A stretch of 64,000 bases of DNA from Candidatus Bathyarchaeota archaeon. GTDB lineage: Archaea; Thermoproteota; Bathyarchaeia; Bathyarchaeales; Bathycorpusculaceae. The translations under genes were made by a program, and so were the position numbers. Below the pieces are notes generated by a model. That model worked only from the letters and a program-made list of their open reading frames with translations, made no database searches and was not told where the DNA came from. The DNA is taken from assembly GCA_963782525.1 (NCBI GenBank), contig CAWAKC010000010.1, forward strand, positions 96,001 through 160,000. The letters run 5' to 3'. Below, one piece after another: positions 60,050 to 64,000 of this stretch (position 1 is its first letter; each line of letters begins with the position of its first letter).

Positions 60050-61351
60050 ATGTTTTTTAATTTCGCGATAAAAGTTTATTTTTTAGTAATAAGGTTTTAC
60101 AGTAGTCGAGCGATTGTAGAATTGGCATCTAATAATGAAAGCGAAAAGCAAAATGCTAAGCAGCCTAAAATTGAATTTAATTTTCCAATTTTAATTGTCA
60201 GAACAAAACGGTTTGCAGCAATCTTCGAGAAGCTTGGGACTTTTCGCACGTCACGATATTTTTCGTGGATAAGCCTTGTACTTGTACCATTAGTTGCTGG
60301 AATCGCCCTCTACCTCTTGGTCAACAGCCTCATCGGTGTATTAGCTAATCCAGGAGTGGGTCAAGCAGTTCGGCAGTTGGGGCCAGGTTCAATTCTGTTG
60401 TTGCCCGGAATCAACCCTTTGCTTCCGATAGTCTATGGGTGGATTGCAATTGTAATCGCTATCGTGATTCATGAAGGCGCTCATGGAGTTATAGCCAGAA
60501 ATGTTGGGTTTAATGTTAAGTCGAGTGGTTTGCTGTTTTTCTTGTTTGTTCCCATAGGTGCTTTTGTTGATGTGGATGAAGAGCAAATAAAGAAAGCAAA
60601 AGCTCGCCCTGCTCTAAAAGTTATGGCGGGTGGAGTTGGTGCAAACATCGTTGTAGCAGCCGTATGTCTCTTAGGTGTCTTACTAGTTGTTGGCAGCTTA
60701 ACTCCCGCCATCGATGGTGTCTACATCAACGATGTCACCCGTGGACTGCCAGCGCAGACGGCTGGGCTAAGCCCAAAAGATGTCTTTGTTTCAATCGATA
60801 ATACAACAATCGACAATGCTACTCAGTTGAGAGCGATATTGGATGCTAAAACGGCTGGAGACACTATTCAGGTAACGGTGGCAAGGGGCGAGAACTGGCA
60901 GTATAGATTTTCCACAACAGTTAACCTAACTTCATCCGGTAACCGCACAATAATGGGAATAAGTAGCTATGATTTGTTTACTGAGCAACGCTTAGAAAGT
61001 TACAGAACCTTCTCGTTAGATCGTCTCTCTGTGTACTTGGTTCCTCCAACCTTGGCTTCTGGTCTAGTGCCCTTTTCTGATTTCTTAGCGCCTTTCTATT
61101 CAAGTCCGATACCTCAATGGCAAATATTTTCGAACAGTCTTTTTTGGATCTGGTTTGTCAACTTTAACCTTGCAATCTTCAATGCTTTACCAATATACCC
61201 CTTGGACGGAGGCAGAATCTTCGATATCACTTTGAAAAGGACTTTGGGTACGAGAATAAGCGGAAAAGCTATCCGTTCAATAACTATTGGGGCAACCGTC
61301 GCCTGTGTCATTCTTGTCTTGTTAGTTACTTTGTTACCTTTCATAATATAA
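60050..61351 (+). CDS. Site-2 protease (M50) with PDZ domain
   Basis: HEGAH, PIGAFV, PDZ (PAQTAGLSPKDV), FNALPIYPLDGG. Likely start TTG at 60122. Confidence 0.93.
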   Translation: MFFNFAIKVYFLVIRFYSSRAIVELASNNESEKQNAKQPKIEFNFPILIVRTKRFAAIFEKLGTFRTSRYFSWISLVLVPLVAGIALYLLVNSLIGVLANPGVGQAVRQLGPGSILLLPGINPLLPIVYGWIAIVIAIVIHEGAHGVIARNVGFNVKSSGLLFFLFVPIGAFVDVDEEQIKKAKARPALKVMAGGVGANIVVAAVCLLGVLLVVGSLTPAIDGVYINDVTRGLPAQTAGLSPKDVFVSIDNTTIDNATQLRAILDAKTAGDTIQVTVARGENWQYRFSTTVNLTSSGNRTIMGISSYDLFTEQRLESYRTFSLDRLSVYLVPPTLASGLVPFSDFLAPFYSSPIPQWQIFSNSLFWIWFVNFNLAIFNALPIYPLDGGRIFDITLKRTLGTRISGKAIRSITIGATVACVILVLLVTLLPFII

Positions 61352-61444
61352 CATCGATCTTGGCGAGTTCATTGTAAAATTCAAAGGATCAAACGGCAAA
61401 CGGCTAAGTATTTTGATTGATGCTTAGTTTGTAGCTATGAAACC

Positions 61445-62038
61445 TTATTTTACAGAAACAAACCAGTTCTTTCTAATGTAGAATCGCCAGAGCTTATTTT
61501 TCCACTCGCCAGAATAATCTACGCCCACACGAGTTGTTTCCACTATATCTTTTTGAGGAACCATAAGTGCATCCTCAATGAACAGTGACTGAGCTGTTAG
61601 GTCTGTTTTATTTTGAGCTTTTGATATACTCATTGCCATACATAGTTTGCCTGGGCCATTTGTTAAGTTAGCAAATTTTACTTGTTGACCGCGGCGTTTT
61701 GCCATAATTTCCTCGCCCGCCACAGGTTCGAGGGCTCTAATAAGAACCGCCTCCGGTTTCCCCGACACATTGCCAGCAGTTACATTCAGGCAGTAATATA
61801 ACCCGTAAATGAAATAAACGTAGGCTCGCCCCTTTTGCCCAAACATAACTTCGTTCCTAGCTGTCCTACGACCGCCATAACTATGGGCTGCCCGATCTTC
61901 AGGTCCTCGATAAGCTTCTGTTTCAACTATCCTGCCAGCCGTTGTGCCTTCTCTTTTTTCGTGAACTAAGATTTTCCCCAAAAGCTCTTTTGCAACAGTG
62001 ATTGTTTCCCTTTCATAGAACGGTTCTTGCAGAATCAT
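61445..62038 (-). CDS. mpg: 3-methyladenine DNA glycosylase (AAG/MPG family)
   Basis: VAKELLGK, GRIVETEAY, YVYFIYG, AVLIRALEP, NGPGKLC. Confidence 0.95.
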   Translation of the reverse strand: MILQEPFYERETITVAKELLGKILVHEKREGTTAGRIVETEAYRGPEDRAAHSYGGRRTARNEVMFGQKGRAYVYFIYGLYYCLNVTAGNVSGKPEAVLIRALEPVAGEEIMAKRRGQQVKFANLTNGPGKLCMAMSISKAQNKTDLTAQSLFIEDALMVPQKDIVETTRVGVDYSGEWKNKLWRFYIRKNWFVSVK

Positions 62039-62085
62039 AGTTGTGAGAGTAGGGCATAACCGAACAAATAAGCTTGCCTAATCTG

Positions 62086-63999
62086 TTACATCAAATTAGA
62101 AGGTTCGTTAAGTTTTAGAAGCCGCTTTAATATTATACTTGCGGCTTCCTTATCCAACGGTTTGTTTTCGTTTCCACATTTTGGCGAGTAAATACATGAG
62201 GGGCAACCGTCTTGGCACTCGCAATTATCGATTAATTGCAAAGTCTTTTCCCACAGGGCTTTAATGTTTGTGTAAAGATTTTCTGAGATTCCGATTCCTC
62301 CCTCAAAACCATCGTAGATAAAAATCGTTGCCTCCCCCGTATCCGGATGCTGCGGAGTAGAAAGCCCACCTAAATCCCACCTATCACACATCGCGAAAAT
62401 GGGTGACATCCCGATCATCGCATGCTCAACAGCGTGGATTCCGCCTGCAAAATCCAGCCCTTGCGCCTCAATTTCCTTTCTGATTGCGTCTGGAACGATA
62501 AACCACAGACCCACTGTTGAAAAAGAGAGCGGCGGAAGACTCAGCGGAGTCCTTTTGACGACTTTATCGTACGTTTTAGTAACATACGCATGGTAGATTT
62601 CAGTTATAGCTAACTCTCCAAGCCCAACCTTGACTCCGCAGTTCTTCTCTTCAAGAGATTTCTTGATAGCAACATCAACGTCCTTTAGCGCCTCGGTGTA
62701 GTAGTTGACGTTTTCCTGCCTAACTTTAGCTACCAACTGTTTTAGGTCCAGTTCCTCAGCAATGTAGGTTTCACCTTGATGAAGCAAAACTGCACCTGCA
62801 TGGGCTTCTTCATAGGCTTTGTTTAGGGTGAGCGTTTCTAGCAGCTTTCCGTTGCAGGTCACAGTAACGGTTTGGTGGGAGATGCTTTCAAGACCCACAA
62901 CCTCAGTTGTTCTAGCCGTTCCCGAATAGACCCATCCTCGAGGTGTTTTTCGGATTAGGTTTTCTTTTTCTAGGGCTTGAATACTTTGGAGCAGTTCGGG
63001 GAAGAATTGTTTATCCGCCTCCGTTATTGGCAGCTCGCTTGATGCGCACATTATGTGTCCTAAAGAGATGTATTGGTTATGAAGATCAATGATCGCTTGT
63101 TCGTGGGGTCTTCCAAAGAAGTCGTCGGGATGTTTCATGAAGTATTGGTCAAGTGGGTTTTGGAACGCAACTAAAGTGACGAGTGAATCGGAGTTAGTTC
63201 TGCCTGCTCGCCCCGCCTGCTGCCAAGTAGAAATGACGGTTCCGGGGTAGCCAGAAATAATGACTGAGTCAAGAGAGCCAATATCGATTCCCAGTTCCAA
63301 TGCATTGGTCGAAACTACCCCGATCAAGTTTTTGTTTTTTAGTCGGTTTTCTATGTCACGACGTTCCTGAGGCAAGTATCCTGCTCGATAAGCGGTTACA
63401 ATATTGGGTGACTTTGATTTTCTTGTAAGTTCTTCTTTGGTCCAGCGCGTAATTAGTTCAGCCATCTGCCTGGATGTTGTAAAACAGAGGGTTTGCAAAT
63501 TTTTTACGATGTTTAGCGTCAGGAGATCTTTGGTTTCTTGATGGGTTGACCGACGCGTCGTGTTAGTTGAGTCCAAGAATGGCGGATTCCAGAAAACAAA
63601 TGACTTTTGTCCTCTAGGAGAGCCATCCTTTGATACTACTTCAAAGTCTTTGCCGGTGAGTCTTTTTGCGTGTTCTTGGGGGTTTGCGATTGTAGCGGAG
63701 GAGAGTATGATTTGAGGGTCAGAGTGATAAAAACTGCAGACTCGCAGTAGCCGTCTTAGGAGCATGGCAACATTTGAGCCAAATACTCCGCGGTAAACGT
63801 GCGCTTCATCAATCACTATAAATTTGAGATTTTGAAAAAAGCTTCGCCATTTGTAATGCCACGGAAGATAATGGTGAAGCCCATATGGGTTGGTTAAGAT
63901 AATTCTTGAATTTTCTCGTATGCTTGCTCTTTGACGTTGAGGCGTATCTCCATCGTAAACATTCGGATCAGCCTTGATTCCTATGTCTTTTTCGAGTTC
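62086..63999 (-). CDS. DEAH-box helicase with DUF1998 (Hrq1/MrfA/YprA family), 5' partial
   Basis: The frame stays open to the window edge (YDGDTP, LTNP); IDEAH, SAT, TNALELGIDIG, QQAGRAGR, CECQDGCPSC. Confidence 0.93.
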   Translation of the reverse strand, partial: ELEKDIGIKADPNVYDGDTPQRQRASIRENSRIILTNPYGLHHYLPWHYKWRSFFQNLKFIVIDEAHVYRGVFGSNVAMLLRRLLRVCSFYHSDPQIILSSATIANPQEHAKRLTGKDFEVVSKDGSPRGQKSFVFWNPPFLDSTNTTRRSTHQETKDLLTLNIVKNLQTLCFTTSRQMAELITRWTKEELTRKSKSPNIVTAYRAGYLPQERRDIENRLKNKNLIGVVSTNALELGIDIGSLDSVIISGYPGTVISTWQQAGRAGRTNSDSLVTLVAFQNPLDQYFMKHPDDFFGRPHEQAIIDLHNQYISLGHIMCASSELPITEADKQFFPELLQSIQALEKENLIRKTPRGWVYSGTARTTEVVGLESISHQTVTVTCNGKLLETLTLNKAYEEAHAGAVLLHQGETYIAEELDLKQLVAKVRQENVNYYTEALKDVDVAIKKSLEEKNCGVKVGLGELAITEIYHAYVTKTYDKVVKRTPLSLPPLSFSTVGLWFIVPDAIRKEIEAQGLDFAGGIHAVEHAMIGMSPIFAMCDRWDLGGLSTPQHPDTGEATIFIYDGFEGGIGISENLYTNIKALWEKTLQLIDNCECQDGCPSCIYSPKCGNENKPLDKEAASIILKRLLKLNEPSNLM

Positions 64000-64000
64000 C

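Noticed and set aside
1-64000. CRISPR array, rRNA, tRNA or intact transposase
   Set aside because: None was recognised by eye on either strand. A tRNAscan/Infernal run would be needed to exclude small or intron-split RNAs.

Overview
This is a 64-kb archaeal chromosomal window. It is very likely Bathyarchaeia (TACK), inferred from the PQQ-like beta-propeller surface proteins ending in TM-RKRP, PEF-CTERM tails, N-terminally extended Rpo5, an eL22-like protein and the integrase tail type. The backbone carries cdc6/orc1, tatA/tatC plus a second inverted tatA, two apgM paralogs around a glycosylation cluster, an F420:NADP reductase, rpo5, a ModE-regulated tungstate ABC transporter, thiolase/DUF35, a site-2 protease, MPG glycosylase and a DUF1998 helicase. 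Three repeat-bounded accessory segments are visible directly in the DNA. (1) 7569-9173: a 1.6-kb decayed element with 18-bp direct repeats and an integrase remnant. (2) about 26991-32722: a 5.7-kb cassette between ~160-bp hairpin-containing direct repeats. It encodes two paralogous glycine-rich proteins facing an operon of a membrane protein, a monodomain class II terpene-cyclase-like protein and a nucleotidyltransferase-fold protein. This is the best candidate for an undescribed system. (3) 46577-54845: an 8.3-kb degenerate provirus-like element integrated in the 3' end of the DUF35 gene. It carries two HEPN-motif proteins and a papain-like surface protease and lies near an Hhe-type defence helicase. 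No tRNA, rRNA or CRISPR array was seen. Family assignments come from motif recognition, not database searches.
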